The translations under genes and the position numbers were made by a program. The notes beneath the pieces are model-generated. The model was not told where the DNA came from, searched no databases, and saw nothing but the letters and a program-made list of their open reading frames with translations. Shown piece by piece: positions 9,361 through 20,193 of a stretch of 64,000 bases of DNA (position 1 is its first letter; the number at the start of each line of letters is the position of its first letter). This stretch comes from Candidatus Marinacidobacterales bacterium (GTDB lineage: Bacteria; Acidobacteriota; Vicinamibacteria; Marinacidobacterales; SMYC01). Location: assembly GCA_965224085.1 (NCBI GenBank), contig CBDCYI010000004.1:1632001-1696000 (forward strand), written 5' to 3'.

Positions 9361-10649
9361 TTAATTTTGATCTTTCGGAGAATTGGGTTCAGTTTTCTCG
9401 AGGCTTTCTATAATCTCTGCTTGGATCGCTTTCGCCTTTTCCAGGATCTCTTCGGTGTTCACCGTTCGGACGCGGCCGCCTTGGACGACGATGCGGCCGT
9501 TTACGAGCACAGTATCGACGTGACTTCCCTTGATCGCGTAGACGAGGTGCGAATAGACGTCGTAGAGCGGCGTCAACGACGCCTCGCGAGTGTCGATGAG
9601 CACGATGTCGGCGAGCTTGCCCGCTTCGAGCGAGCCGATGCGGCCGCGCTGTCCATCTCCTCGAACATGTCGAGATTGTTGTTGCTCGCGGGTCCGTCCG
9701 TTCCGAGACCGACGGAAATGCCTGCCGCGAGAAGCTCGGGAACGGGTGAGAGACCCGATGCGGTCTTCATGTTACTCTCGGGATTGTGCGTTGTTCCGGC
9801 GCCGCCCTTTTGGATGCGCTCGATGTCCTCCTCCGAGAGCCAAATTGCATGATGCAGGATCGTTTCTTTCGTCAGAATGCCGGCATCGTCGAGAGCATGG
9901 ATTGTACGTTTGCCGAGCTTTTCGATCATTTGATCATTTTCCTCAGGCGGCTCGACGGCGTGGATTTGAAGCGGCACGCCATGTTTGACTGCAAGGGCGT
10001 GCGCTCTTTTCACGACCTCGAGTGGCGTCGTGTAGAGCGCGTGCGGCGCCACCGACGGGACGACCAGCGGATGGTCCTTGAAGCGCTCGATGAAGGCTTC
10101 CGCGCCGGCGAGGGCTTCTTCGGGCGTTTTGTAGTCCGGTGCGGGGAAGCCGATGACGGATTGGCCGAGGACACCGCGAATCCCTAATGTCTCGGTCGCG
10201 CGAGCCACCTCCTCTTCGAAGTAGTACATGTCTGCGTAGGTCGTCGTTCCACTGAGCGCCATCTCGACCCCACCGAGCATGGTTCCCCAATAGACGAATT
10301 CCGGCGAAACATTCCTCGACTCCGCGGGAAAGATGTAGTTTTGGAGCCATTCGAGAAGGCTCAGATCGTCAGCGATACCCCGAAGAAGTGTCATCGCCGC
10401 GTGGCCATGAGCGGTGACGAGCCCCGGGATGACGAGATGGCCGTCCGCGTGGATTGTTTGCCGCGCTCGTGGCCGCTGGTCGTGAGGCGAGAGCACCGTT
10501 GTGATTTGACGGCCCCGGATCGCGATCGCACCGCCTTCGACAACCCGCATGTCACCGTCCATCGTCACGATGGTGCCGCCCTGAATAATCAGGTCGACAG
10601 GCTCCTGCGCCGCCGCGAGAAAAAGAGCTAGGAGGAGGGGGGCCGTCAT
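9361..10649 (-). pseudogene. Amidohydrolase (MTA/SAH deaminase-like) with internal deletion and frameshift near 9640
   Basis: PGLVTAHGH, APHALY, QIHAVE, HNPESNMK, LGTDGPASNNNLDM; after EMDSAA the frame jumps to RIGSLEAGKLADIVLID. Confidence 0.75.
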
Positions 10650-12403
10650 ATCGTCTCCATTTCTATCGTGCGCAATCGATTGAAGCTCGCGGCGACCTCG
10701 AAACGGCGCGGGCGGGCAAAATTTCCGGGATGCTCGAACGCGCGCTGGAAAGGCCCCGCAGGCGGGATCTTCGACGCGAGCACGTCGAGCCCTTCCTTGT
10801 CGAAGAGCGCATCGAGCGCGTCCATGATGTCGGCCAAGCAGGTCGCGTCGGACCGAAGACGCTTAGCCGCGAGAACCATGGCATATCCTACGGCGCGGGT
10901 CTGGCTCGCGTCCACGAGTTGCTCCAAAGCGCGCAGATCGATGGTCTCCTCTCCAAAGAGAAGTTGATCGCGCCCGCGGGCCTCGACTCGGACGTCGCGA
11001 CGCCCTCTAGACGCATCGACGGAAGCCGGCATGAAGCGTCGATTCTTCGCGAGCGTGAGCGGCGAGTCCGATTCCACCGTACGGCCTGTCGGCTGGCGAG
11101 ACGCGATGGCCTTGGCCTCTGCGGTAGCGTCTTCGGGGAGGTAGTCCATCATTCTTATGACCGTATCGGCAGGCTCGAAGTAGTCCCCGGACCCGCCCAT
11201 CACGAGGACGGTCGACACGCCCAAGCGCTCATAGAGCTCGCGCACCCGATCGAGGAAGGGAAGGATGGGCTCGTGCTCTTTGGTCACGAGCGCCTGCATA
11301 CGGGCGTCCCTTACGAGGAAGTTGGTAGCCGACGTGTCTTCGTCGAGCAGCAGCACGCGCGCGCCCACTTCGAGAGCTTCCATGATGCTGGCCGCCTGGC
11401 TCGTGCTGCCGCTCGCGTCCTCACTCGAGAAAGACGAAGTGCTGCGGCTCATCGGAAGGTGTTGGATGAAAGGGCTAATATCGACATTCGCCACCCGGCG
11501 ACCGTCCTCTGAACGGATCTTGACGGCGTCGTCGCGACATACGACATATTCGCGCCCGTCGCCCGGGATGTGCGGGTAGACGCTGCGCTCGATCGCATTC
11601 ACGATCGTGCTCTTGCCATGGTAGCCCCCGCCGACGATGAGGGTCATGCCTTCGGGAACGCCCATGCCTTCGATTTCCGTTGCGCCGTCGTCTCGCGGGT
11701 GCAGCAGCGGGAGCCGTGTGCGAAACGCCGCCGGGGCCCGGAAGGGAACCGCGTCTCGCATGGGGCGGTCGGAGGCGCCGCTTTCGCGCGGCAAGACCGC
11801 ACCCTCGGCGACGAAAGCCACGAGCTTTCTCTCGGCGAGCGCGCCGCGCAAGTGCTCGTAATTCTCGACCGTGTCGACGAAAGCTATCGCCTCGCTAGAA
11901 TCGAGGTTTTGCCAACGCAGGGAGGCGTCGACGATCTTCGGGAGCACGGTCAACAAGAGCTCTTGCGCATGCCTTCCCGAGATGGTGCGGCCGGCGGCGG
12001 GTAGGCCGAGCTCGATGCGTGCTTCGACCCATTCTTTTGTGACGACGACCGCGGTGCGCTCGAGGACTTCTTGAGCACCAGCGTCGATGGTGATGAGCCC
12101 GCTTTTGCCCGTGCCGCGACGCGTGCCGCTCGGGATCGCCGTCGACAGCGCGCGCCCGAGAAAATCTTCGAGCGCAAGACGCCGCACGCGATTGTCGAAC
12201 AGATGAGACGGGATCTCCGCGACCGATTGCGCGAGCCGAAGGCGCATCTTGGATGGCGCGGCGAAAGGGTCGCCTTGCACGTGATCGATGAAGAGCGTCC
12301 ACGTGTCGAAGCCGTAGGCGCCGGTGAGCTGCTTGTAGGCTTTATATCCCCGGCCGTGGATCTTTCGCAGCGTCTCACTCAGATCGGAGGCGCTGCGACT
12401 CAT
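10646..12403 (-). CDS. ABC-class ATPase domain protein (ABC_ATPase family, function unknown)
   Basis: [11 protein letters not shown], Walker [18 protein letters not shown], Walker [12 protein letters not shown]. Confidence 0.85.
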   Translation of the reverse strand: MSRSASDLSETLRKIHGRGYKAYKQLTGAYGFDTWTLFIDHVQGDPFAAPSKMRLRLAQSVAEIPSHLFDNRVRRLALEDFLGRALSTAIPSGTRRGTGKSGLITIDAGAQEVLERTAVVVTKEWVEARIELGLPAAGRTISGRHAQELLLTVLPKIVDASLRWQNLDSSEAIAFVDTVENYEHLRGALAERKLVAFVAEGAVLPRESGASDRPMRDAVPFRAPAAFRTRLPLLHPRDDGATEIEGMGVPEGMTLIVGGGYHGKSTIVNAIERSVYPHIPGDGREYVVCRDDAVKIRSEDGRRVANVDISPFIQHLPMSRSTSSFSSEDASGSTSQAASIMEALEVGARVLLLDEDTSATNFLVRDARMQALVTKEHEPILPFLDRVRELYERLGVSTVLVMGGSGDYFEPADTVIRMMDYLPEDATAEAKAIASRQPTGRTVESDSPLTLAKNRRFMPASVDASRGRRDVRVEARGRDQLLFGEETIDLRALEQLVDASQTRAVGYAMVLAAKRLRSDATCLADIMDALDALFDKEGLDVLASKIPPAGPFQRAFEHPGNFARPRRFEVAASFNRLRTIEMETI

Positions 12404-13710
12404 GCGCGAGCATCCGCACGCTTAGCCGCGTCCTGGCCTTCTTCAACGTCGACTTGGGTGAGTAGCGCGGTGCCGACGACAAAGAAGAACACGAGCGCGA
12501 GAATGGCGAGACGGCCGCCGCCGGTCCAGTCCGCGACGATGGCAAAGACGAGTGGCCCGATGATGTTGCCGAATTTTCCACTCACGCTATAAAAGCCGAA
12601 GAACTCGGACGATTTGTATTGCGGCACCATCGTCGTGAAGAGCGAGCGGCTCAGCGCTTGGCTTCCGCCTTGAACGAGCGCGAGTGCAACAGCGAGCGCC
12701 CAGAAATGCCAGGGCTCGGTCATGAAATAGCCGAAGATCGAGATCGCCGTATAGACGAGGAGTGCGAGGTAGATCCCGTTTTTGGCACCGATGCGTGCGG
12801 CCAGCGCGCCGTAAGCAAAAGTCGCCGGGATACCGAGGAACTGGACGAGAAGCAACGCTCCGATGAGATGGGACGACCCGATACCGATCTCGGTTCCATA
12901 GGCTGCCGCCATCTTGATGATCGTGTTGATGCCGTCGTTATAGAACCAGAAGGCGAGCAGGAAGACGAAAAGGTGCCGGTACTGCCGTATCTCGGCGAAG
13001 GTATCGAAGACGCGTTTGAAACCGACCCGTAGGGGATTCATCGCCGCGCTCTCATTGATTTCGAGACGCCGCTCCGGTTCGGAGACGCCGCGGAGGATGG
13101 GGATGGTAAACACGACCCACCAGAGCGCGACGCTCAAAAACGCCCATCGGGTCGCCTCGGCCGCGTCGGCGAAGCCGAAGCTCTCGGGCCACATCGTCCA
13201 GGCGAGCTGGAATGCGAGAAGAAGGCCGCCACCGAGATAGCCGATGGCGTAACTCGCAGTGGAGACGCGATCGATCTCGCTCGGCCGGGCCACGTGCGGG
13301 AGCAAAGACTCCCAGAAGACGTTGCCGGAGGCGAAGCCGATATTGCCGATGACGAACGCGGCCGAGGCGAACAGCCAATTTCCCTCGGTAGCGAAGAAGA
13401 GGAGAAACGACCCGCTGGCGCCGATGAGAGCGAAGGCCGCGAGAAACTTTTTCTTCGCGCCGAGAAAATCCGCTCCGGCGCCGAGGAAAGGTGACGTCAG
13501 CGCGATGATGAGAAGCGCGAATGCTTGCGTGTAGCCCCAATAGGCGGTGCGGTCGGCTTCGAGTAGCGTCGTGCCCGAGACGTTCAAGTAGTAAATGGGC
13601 AAAAGGGCGCCCATGATGGTCGTAGCGAAAGCAGAGTTCGCCCAGTCATAAGACGCCCAGGCTAGGAGCTCCTTGCGGTGAAGGCCGAGGCTTTCGAGCC
13701 AACGCGTCAT
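12400..13710 (-). CDS. MFS transporter (Atg22/UMF1-like)
   Basis: [35 protein letters not shown]; about 12 hydrophobic segments. Confidence 0.88.
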   Translation of the reverse strand: MTRWLESLGLHRKELLAWASYDWANSAFATTIMGALLPIYYLNVSGTTLLEADRTAYWGYTQAFALLIIALTSPFLGAGADFLGAKKKFLAAFALIGASGSFLLFFATEGNWLFASAAFVIGNIGFASGNVFWESLLPHVARPSEIDRVSTASYAIGYLGGGLLLAFQLAWTMWPESFGFADAAEATRWAFLSVALWWVVFTIPILRGVSEPERRLEINESAAMNPLRVGFKRVFDTFAEIRQYRHLFVFLLAFWFYNDGINTIIKMAAAYGTEIGIGSSHLIGALLLVQFLGIPATFAYGALAARIGAKNGIYLALLVYTAISIFGYFMTEPWHFWALAVALALVQGGSQALSRSLFTTMVPQYKSSEFFGFYSVSGKFGNIIGPLVFAIVADWTGGGRLAILALVFFFVVGTALLTQVDVEEGQDAAKRADARA

Positions 13711-13712
13711 TC

Positions 13713-14153
13713 TCAGTCGCTTGTTTCGAGTGCCGCGATGGCATCCCGGACGCTTTCAGGTATGGGCGCTTTCTTCTTTGCGTGATAGTCGTAGGCGACG
13801 ATGAGCCCATCGCCGTCAGCGGCCGTCTTCGCGTGGGTCTCGCTCACGATGCTGTAGCGCATTGTGAAGCGATCCTCTTTCACTTCGCGCACGCTCGCCC
13901 CGACAAAGATGCGATCGGGGTAGGTTAGGGGGATGCGGAAACGGCAGGTGGTCGTCGCGAGGATGGGCCCGACGCCGCCATTCTTCATCTCTTCGAGAAA
14001 ACCGACCCGCTCGAAATAGGCGATCCGGGCGCTCTCGAAATAGCGGAGGTAAACGATATTGTTGACATGCCCCATCGAATCCATCTCGCCCCAGGCGACC
14101 GGGACCTCGATGATGAGAGGGAAATACTCGCGTAGAGTTTCGAGCTCGCTCAC
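13713..14153 (-). CDS. Acyl-CoA thioesterase (4HBT hot-dog fold)
   Basis: [25 protein letters not shown]; GTG start overlaps the upstream TGA (GTGA). Confidence 0.88.
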   Translation of the reverse strand: MSELETLREYFPLIIEVPVAWGEMDSMGHVNNIVYLRYFESARIAYFERVGFLEEMKNGGVGPILATTTCRFRIPLTYPDRIFVGASVREVKEDRFTMRYSIVSETHAKTAADGDGLIVAYDYHAKKKAPIPESVRDAIAALETSD

Positions 14154-14950
14154 TCGATCCATCCTCTAAGCCGGTACACGAGAAGACCTACGTGCTCGTG
14201 CACAAGCATGGGGAAGGCCCGAAGACGATGGTCGCCGCGCCAATTGTCGTGGAGATTTCCGTAATCGAACGTCGTTTCCTGCGCGGGCACCGAAGTCACA
14301 CGGATGTTCTGAGCCTCGAGAGCGGCCGCAGCCCGACGCGTGTGACTCGGTGACGAGACGACGAGGAGATGCTCGAACCCGAAATCACGCGCGGCTTCGG
14401 CGACGGCGATGGCCTCGTCGTGGGTGCTGCGGACGGGGCCCACGCTCACGATCTCGTAGTCGAGCCCGAAGCGATTCATGAACTCACAGGCCGCGCTCCG
14501 GTAAGACGGCCCATGAGGAAGCTCGGGCAAGATGAGACGCGGAGCCCAACCCTCTGCGAGGAGCTCGAGCCCTCTCAGCAAGCGGCTCATCGCCGCTGTC
14601 GAAAACTCACCATCCTGCTGTAAGTAAGACGCGAGGACGAATACGGCGTCGGCCTTTCGCAGTGCGTCACGTCGCTCGAGGCCTCGCGCCATCCACGTCG
14701 TCAACGGTGTGAACGCGGCGGCGGACCACAAGATGGCAAGCGACAGCACGCCCCATCCGAGCAGGCCTCGAAGACGTGTTGGCCAAAGGGCCGCGCCTAC
14801 GAGAGCGGCGCTGGCTGCAACGAGACTGCGATCGCCCCAAAAGGAGACCACGGTGGTCAAGTCGAGATCTTTAATAAGGATACCGGCCAAGAGTCCATAG
14901 CAAGCGCCAGTTAGAACCTCTTTCCACACGGCGCGTCTAGGCTCAGCCAC
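14150..14950 (-). CDS. YdcF/DUF218 family membrane protein
   Basis: N-terminal TM helices, ADAVFVL, RSTHDEA, LVVSSPSHTRRA, HEHVGLLVYRLRGWI. Confidence 0.82.
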   Translation of the reverse strand: MAEPRRAVWKEVLTGACYGLLAGILIKDLDLTTVVSFWGDRSLVAASAALVGAALWPTRLRGLLGWGVLSLAILWSAAAFTPLTTWMARGLERRDALRKADAVFVLASYLQQDGEFSTAAMSRLLRGLELLAEGWAPRLILPELPHGPSYRSAACEFMNRFGLDYEIVSVGPVRSTHDEAIAVAEAARDFGFEHLLVVSSPSHTRRAAAALEAQNIRVTSVPAQETTFDYGNLHDNWRGDHRLRAFPMLVHEHVGLLVYRLRGWIE

Positions 14951-15080
14951 GCGGAGAGTCTACTCGATCCGCGGAGAAACTTGGCGAGCCCACGTTCGAG
15001 AGAGCGGTCTTGGCCGAAGAGAATGATTGCTTCTGCCAAGGACCGAGCATTGGCCGCTTCGGGGATCGCCCCAGTGCTCG

Positions 15081-15225
15081 CGAAACCACGGATTCCTGCT
15101 CGAGCATTCAGGGTGGTCGCTGGCCCCCGCCTACGCCATGAATCCCAACCATCATGGCGCTTTGCTGAGGCTCAATATCTCCGAGACCGACAACACGCAG
15201 GACCTAGAACTGGCAAGGGAGGTCT
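15081..15225 (+). pseudogene. C-terminal fragment of a HipA-family kinase toxin
   Basis: RNHGFLL...WSLAPAYAMNP...LRLNISETDNTQDLELAREV resembles the HipA_C end; no start or N-terminus. Confidence 0.6.
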
Positions 15226-15237
15226 ACGCTCGGATAT

Positions 15238-16209
15238 CTACCGAATCGCGAAGCAATAGAACAAACCGTCGCCGCCAGAGGCTCGAAAATCTTTCTGGCT
15301 GCAGCCTTGCGACGCGTGCGCGGAGCTCCACGACGAGCCGTTCTCGCCGCCCCCCTCCCGGTCGTGGTGGCCGACGACGGCAATCCCATCATTGGCGCTC
15401 GTCCAGTTGTTGCAGTTCTTGCCAACCGCCGCGGTACCGTCCGGCAGCGAGCCGGTCAAGATATCGTGACGGTTGGGCTCGTCGCCTCGTCCGTTCACGA
15501 CGTCTCCTTTCTCGTTCAGCACAGTCATTTTTTCGATTCCGTTATTCGCGTGCAGATCGGCCACCCCTCGGGCCACCAACTGCCCTTTGGCGTTGAACCA
15601 GGGACCGGTCCCGATACGATCGCCGGCATTGACCGCGGGCCGCTCCAAAAAGCTCGTGCTGAGGTAGGCACGCCAGGTTTGATCGGCGGCGGCGACGGCC
15701 TCGGCCAGCTCTTGACAATGTCGATCCGCACCGGCCAAACCTTCCAGATGACCGCCATTGCCTTTCCCTACGCTGGTGAGGAAGAACGACATGCGATTGG
15801 CCGCCGGCGGAATGATGTCCTCCGGCTTCTCCGTGAGGGCGGCCAGGTCGATGAGATATTTAGCTTCCTCACGTTCGAAGACCACGTGTTGGTTTTCGGG
15901 ATCCGAGAAGTGAAACGCAGAACCGTCCGTGAGTTTCGTGGAGTAGAACCCGAAGTGCTCGGGAAAGCTGGCCCTCAACATGGGGGTGATGGTCTGACCA
16001 TCGTCGTCGAAGGCGCTACCGAAGGCGTTCAACGCTCCGCCTCCGGTCTCGCTTGCGTGGCAAGTCGCACACGCGGCGAGCTCGTTCAATAGGAAAGGGT
16101 CGCTTTGAAGCTTCCTTAGAAATTCTTCGCGGGCGTCTGCAGGCGCTGCCAGCCACCCGAGAAAACCAAACAAAAAACAAGTCCGTAGAAGTCGAGTCAT
16201 TTTCCTCAT
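15238..16209 (-). CDS. Secreted protein: N-terminal CxxCH heme-c motif fused to an endostatin/C-type-lectin-like domain
   Basis: Signal peptide, CATCH, then FFLTSVG...GLAGADRHCQ...WRAYLS...DRIGTGPW...HDILTGS...LFYCFA. Confidence 0.65.
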   Translation of the reverse strand: MRKMTRLLRTCFLFGFLGWLAAPADAREEFLRKLQSDPFLLNELAACATCHASETGGGALNAFGSAFDDDGQTITPMLRASFPEHFGFYSTKLTDGSAFHFSDPENQHVVFEREEAKYLIDLAALTEKPEDIIPPAANRMSFFLTSVGKGNGGHLEGLAGADRHCQELAEAVAAADQTWRAYLSTSFLERPAVNAGDRIGTGPWFNAKGQLVARGVADLHANNGIEKMTVLNEKGDVVNGRGDEPNRHDILTGSLPDGTAAVGKNCNNWTSANDGIAVVGHHDREGGGENGSSWSSAHASQGCSQKDFRASGGDGLFYCFAIR

Positions 16210-17531
16210 TTCCGAATCCGTGCCTGCGCAATTTTGTTGGCGTCGCCGGCTTTGAAGTAATCCGGCAATGAAGGCTTCGTCTCGCGCAGGATCTCTAGAA
16301 CCGAGCGGCGGTCATCCGCGGACAGATGGGAAAACTGGGCGCCTGGCTGCGGGTTGGTAAGCACGTCGTACAACCTTCGGTAGATCTCAGCTTCGAGGTC
16401 CTCGGACAAAGCGTCAAAGGAGCGGCTATAGACCATATAGCTCAGCGGATAACGAAACAATCGCCGCTCGAGATCGAAATCGCGAAGTGACCGCCCTTTG
16501 GCGTCCCGTGGGCCACGCTCTGGGAATGTCTCGGTAAAGGTAGAGACGCCCTCGAGCGGCTCGGGCAGAGGGACTTCGCCCGCGAAAAACATGTACGCGA
16601 CGAGCGCCTCGATATCGGACGCGAGCTGGGAGCGTTCGAGCGGATCCGCATCGTTCTCGTGCCGTGCGATGCGCTCCTCCCAACTCACTCTCGTGAGGTA
16701 GTTCAGCATCTGCGTCTGGTGCTCGAACGTCATCAGGGCCACGATGTCGCTTACGGGAGCCAAGTAGCCGGACGGATCGAACTTGCCGAAGAGATGAGTT
16801 AGGTTTCGGCCCTGGTCTTCGTCCAGGAGCAAGGGCTGCGCGGGATTGCTCGCTACTGCATTGGACCTGTCTTCTTGCTGTCCGCCGGTCGCGTTGATGT
16901 ACCAGCCGCCCCATCGATCTTGGAGCGGGGTTCGGTGATCCGTGATGATCGCGTCGTCGCGCGCTGGTCTACCGGTGGGTCCGGGAAAGACCGAGCCGAC
17001 GAACCACCCGGGAACCCCCGACGTCGCGGGGCCCAGATGACACTTCAAGCAGACTTGACGCCGTTCGAATCCTTGCTTCGCCAATTTCCGAATATCCGCG
17101 GTGTAGAAAATCGGTCCTATCTCGGGATCGATTGACGCGAGCTCGATCATGTCACTACCGCGTATAAAGGCGAGCGCCACGTCATCATTGAAATAGATCG
17201 CGCGCGGGTTGTCGGGAGCAATCTTCGTTGCTTGGAAACTCGTTTTCGAAAAGACGAGAGCCTGAGAGTCGGTGCGAATGTCCAGATATTCCAGAAGGGC
17301 CGGCAGATAGCCAAGCGCATTTTCTCCGCCGTCGAGCTCGACGGAACCGTTGTGCATAGCCCGGGACAGACGCGCGATAGGGTCGTCCACCGAGCGCTCC
17401 GCATAACGGATGGCGGGGTGGGCGACAGGCAAGTCGGGAAGGTACTCTTGAGCGCACAAAGTGGCCGCAGGGCTGAACACCACGAACGTGCCCAGAACAA
17501 GGAAGCGCCCTAGATTCGCGGTCTTCCGCAT
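16206..17531 (-). CDS. Secreted hypothetical protein with a CxxCH motif
   Basis: Signal-like N-terminus, SQALVFSKTSFQ, PRAIYFNDD, CLKCH, RWGGWY, RLFRYPLSY; 4-bp overlap with the downstream gene; start uncertain. Confidence 0.7.
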   Translation of the reverse strand: MRKTANLGRFLVLGTFVVFSPAATLCAQEYLPDLPVAHPAIRYAERSVDDPIARLSRAMHNGSVELDGGENALGYLPALLEYLDIRTDSQALVFSKTSFQATKIAPDNPRAIYFNDDVALAFIRGSDMIELASIDPEIGPIFYTADIRKLAKQGFERRQVCLKCHLGPATSGVPGWFVGSVFPGPTGRPARDDAIITDHRTPLQDRWGGWYINATGGQQEDRSNAVASNPAQPLLLDEDQGRNLTHLFGKFDPSGYLAPVSDIVALMTFEHQTQMLNYLTRVSWEERIARHENDADPLERSQLASDIEALVAYMFFAGEVPLPEPLEGVSTFTETFPERGPRDAKGRSLRDFDLERRLFRYPLSYMVYSRSFDALSEDLEAEIYRRLYDVLTNPQPGAQFSHLSADDRRSVLEILRETKPSLPDYFKAGDANKIAQARIRK

Positions 17532-17717
17532 CTCGCCTAAGAGCCTCAGGAGCGACAACAGGAGCGACAAGTGGAGCACTATAAGAGGCTCTCTCGCAAA
17601 GGTCAATTTTGCTCCTTTCTCGTCCCTTGCCGCGATCCGCGATCCTCGCCCGGTTGTCGTGACCCGTCCGATCGCTTACACTAGCCGGGATAGCCAGGCG
17701 GGTTCAAAGGACTAAAA

Positions 17718-20150
17718 ATGAGCTGCGCGTCTCAGTCGACTCACAATTCAAAGGGATTCGTGCGCCTTTTTCTTTTAGCGGCCCCGTTCGCGCTTCATGC
17801 AGGCCCCAAGGTAGCGCTCGCCCAAAATGTGGACGATCCGGCGACAGTCGAGCAAGAGCGTGAGTTGGTGGAGCAGTATTGTGTCGTTTGCCACGGAGTC
17901 GACACCCAATCGGGAAATTTCTCTTGGGCCACGGTGGACGTTGCGCATCCCGAGCAGAATGCGCAGCAGGCGGAGACGATCATCCGAAAGTTGCGCGCTG
18001 GGATGATGCCTCCAGCGGGCATGCCGCGACCCGAGGCCGAAGCGCTCGAAGCCGTGGCTCTGTCGCTCGAAACACGGGTCGATCGGGCGGCCGCTTCCCG
18101 TCCTCATGCTGCCCCGCCGGCCCTTCACCGTATCAATCGTAGAGAGTACAAAAACTCGATCCGTGACTTGCTTGCGATCGAAGTAGACGTGAACGCGCTG
18201 TTGCCGCCTGATGGGCGCACGGGGAACTTCGACAATATGGCGGACGCTTTGACGGTGACGCCGGCCTTGATGCAGGCCTATATCCGGGCGGCCGACAAGA
18301 TCGCCCGTCTCGCTGTCGGCGATCCCCATGCCCCGACAGCCATGACGAAATACGATGTCCCCAAAGTCGTCAACCAGATGCGGCACGTCGACGGAACGCC
18401 CTTCGGGACGCGCGGCGGGACGTCGAACGTTCACAATTTCCCCGCCGACGGAGAGTACAGCTTCGCGGTGGAACTTCATTACTACTACACCGGGGAACTC
18501 ATCGGCTCGAACCTTCCGGAGTCGCTTCAAGGCCAGCAAATCGAGGTCTCCGTTGATGGCGAACGCGTCGCGGTCTTTACGATCGACCCGCTCCAAGAGG
18601 AATCGTCGGCCGTCATGCAGACGCCGCCCGTCGCGATCAAAGCGGGTCCCCGGCGCGTCGCGGCCGCGTTTGTCTCCACGTTCGACGGGCCGGTCGAAGA
18701 CCAGTACCGTCTCGTCGAGCAGACACTGATGGACACTAGTATCGCACTTCATGCGGGCATGACGTCGCTGCCTCACCTTCAGACGCTGACCGTGACCGGG
18801 CCTCTCAAAGTTACCGGCGTCTCCGAAACGCCCAGCCGTCAGAAGATCTTTACCTGCTATCCACAAAACTCTGACGAAGAGAATGACTGCGCGCACGAGA
18901 TCCTCGTGAATCTAGCCGCGCGTGCTTTTCGAAGGCCGGCGACGACCGAGGATCTCGAAGGGCTCATGGAGATGTATGAGCTAGGTCGTGAAGAGGGCGC
19001 GTTCGAGATCGGAATCCGCACGGCTCTTCAGGCCCTCATCGCGAAACCGGAATTCGTGTTTCGGTTCGAGCGCGTCCCGCGAGATGTGCAGACCGGAAAC
19101 ACCTATCGGGTAAGCGACATCGAGCTCGCCTCTCGCTTGTCCTATTTTCTCTGGAGCACGGCGCCCGATGAAGAGCTCATTCGAGTCGCCAGTCAGGGAA
19201 AACTTCGGGATGAGGAAGTCCTCGAACAGCAAGTGAAACGCATGCTGGCCGACACGCGCGCGGAGGCATTGTCGACCGATTTCGCTGCTCAGTGGTTGCG
19301 TCTCAAAAGTATCGAGGAAATCCATCCCGAGCCAACGATCTTCCCCGACTATACGAGGAATCTTGCGGAATCGATGAGGCGCGAGGTCGAGCTTTTATTC
19401 CATAGCATCATTCGCAAGGACGGCAACGTACTGGACTTGCTGACCGCGGACTACACCTATGTCGACCAGGTTCTCGCCAAGCACTACGGAATTCCGAACG
19501 TCTCGGGCAACCGGTTTCGACGCGTCAAGTTGAACGATCCCAACCGATATGGTTTACTGGGCAAAGGAGCAGTGTTGACCTTGACGTCATTGGCCAGGCG
19601 GACCTCGCCGGTGGCTCGCGGCAAATACGTGCTAGAGGTTCTGCTTGCGGCGCCTCCCCCAAATCCTCCGGCAGAGGTGCCGCCCTTTCCGGAAACCGTC
19701 AACAACGCGAAGATCTTGTCCGTGCGCGAGCGTATCGAGCAGCACCGGGCTAACCCGGCTTGCTCTGCGTGTCATCAGATCATGGACCCCATCGGCTTGA
19801 CGCTCGAGAACTTCGACGCTATCGGACGCTGGCGTGTCAATGACGGTGGACTTTCCATCGATCCGTCCGCCGAAATGGTCGACGGGACCAAGCTTCACGG
19901 GCCGGCGAGCCTGCGCCAGGCCCTTGTGAACCGCTCGAACGCATTGCTCGGCAGCTTTACCGAGAATCTTCTTGCCTATGGCGTCGGCCGCGTGCTCGAC
20001 TATCGTGACATGCCGACGGTACGTTCGGTTCAACGAGCGGCGGCCACGCGGGACAACCGTTTTTCGTCATTTGTTCTGGGTGTGGTGAAGAGTGCTCCGT
20101 TCCAGATGAGGACATTCCATTCGGCTTCGGACGAGGCGGACAACCAGTGA
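17718..20150 (+). CDS. DUF1592-family (PSD1-5 / planctomycete cytochrome-type) protein with two CxxCH motifs
   Basis: YCVVCH, RAGMMPP, HRINRREYKNSIRDLL, ELASRLSYFLWS, RTSPVARG, CSACH, ENFDAIGRWR. Confidence 0.88.
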   Translation: MSCASQSTHNSKGFVRLFLLAAPFALHAGPKVALAQNVDDPATVEQERELVEQYCVVCHGVDTQSGNFSWATVDVAHPEQNAQQAETIIRKLRAGMMPPAGMPRPEAEALEAVALSLETRVDRAAASRPHAAPPALHRINRREYKNSIRDLLAIEVDVNALLPPDGRTGNFDNMADALTVTPALMQAYIRAADKIARLAVGDPHAPTAMTKYDVPKVVNQMRHVDGTPFGTRGGTSNVHNFPADGEYSFAVELHYYYTGELIGSNLPESLQGQQIEVSVDGERVAVFTIDPLQEESSAVMQTPPVAIKAGPRRVAAAFVSTFDGPVEDQYRLVEQTLMDTSIALHAGMTSLPHLQTLTVTGPLKVTGVSETPSRQKIFTCYPQNSDEENDCAHEILVNLAARAFRRPATTEDLEGLMEMYELGREEGAFEIGIRTALQALIAKPEFVFRFERVPRDVQTGNTYRVSDIELASRLSYFLWSTAPDEELIRVASQGKLRDEEVLEQQVKRMLADTRAEALSTDFAAQWLRLKSIEEIHPEPTIFPDYTRNLAESMRREVELLFHSIIRKDGNVLDLLTADYTYVDQVLAKHYGIPNVSGNRFRRVKLNDPNRYGLLGKGAVLTLTSLARRTSPVARGKYVLEVLLAAPPPNPPAEVPPFPETVNNAKILSVRERIEQHRANPACSACHQIMDPIGLTLENFDAIGRWRVNDGGLSIDPSAEMVDGTKLHGPASLRQALVNRSNALLGSFTENLLAYGVGRVLDYRDMPTVRSVQRAAATRDNRFSSFVLGVVKSAPFQMRTFHSASDEADNQ

Positions 20151-20193
20151 CCACGCGTATCGCGACTTGGTAAAAACCAGGAGGGCCTAACCC

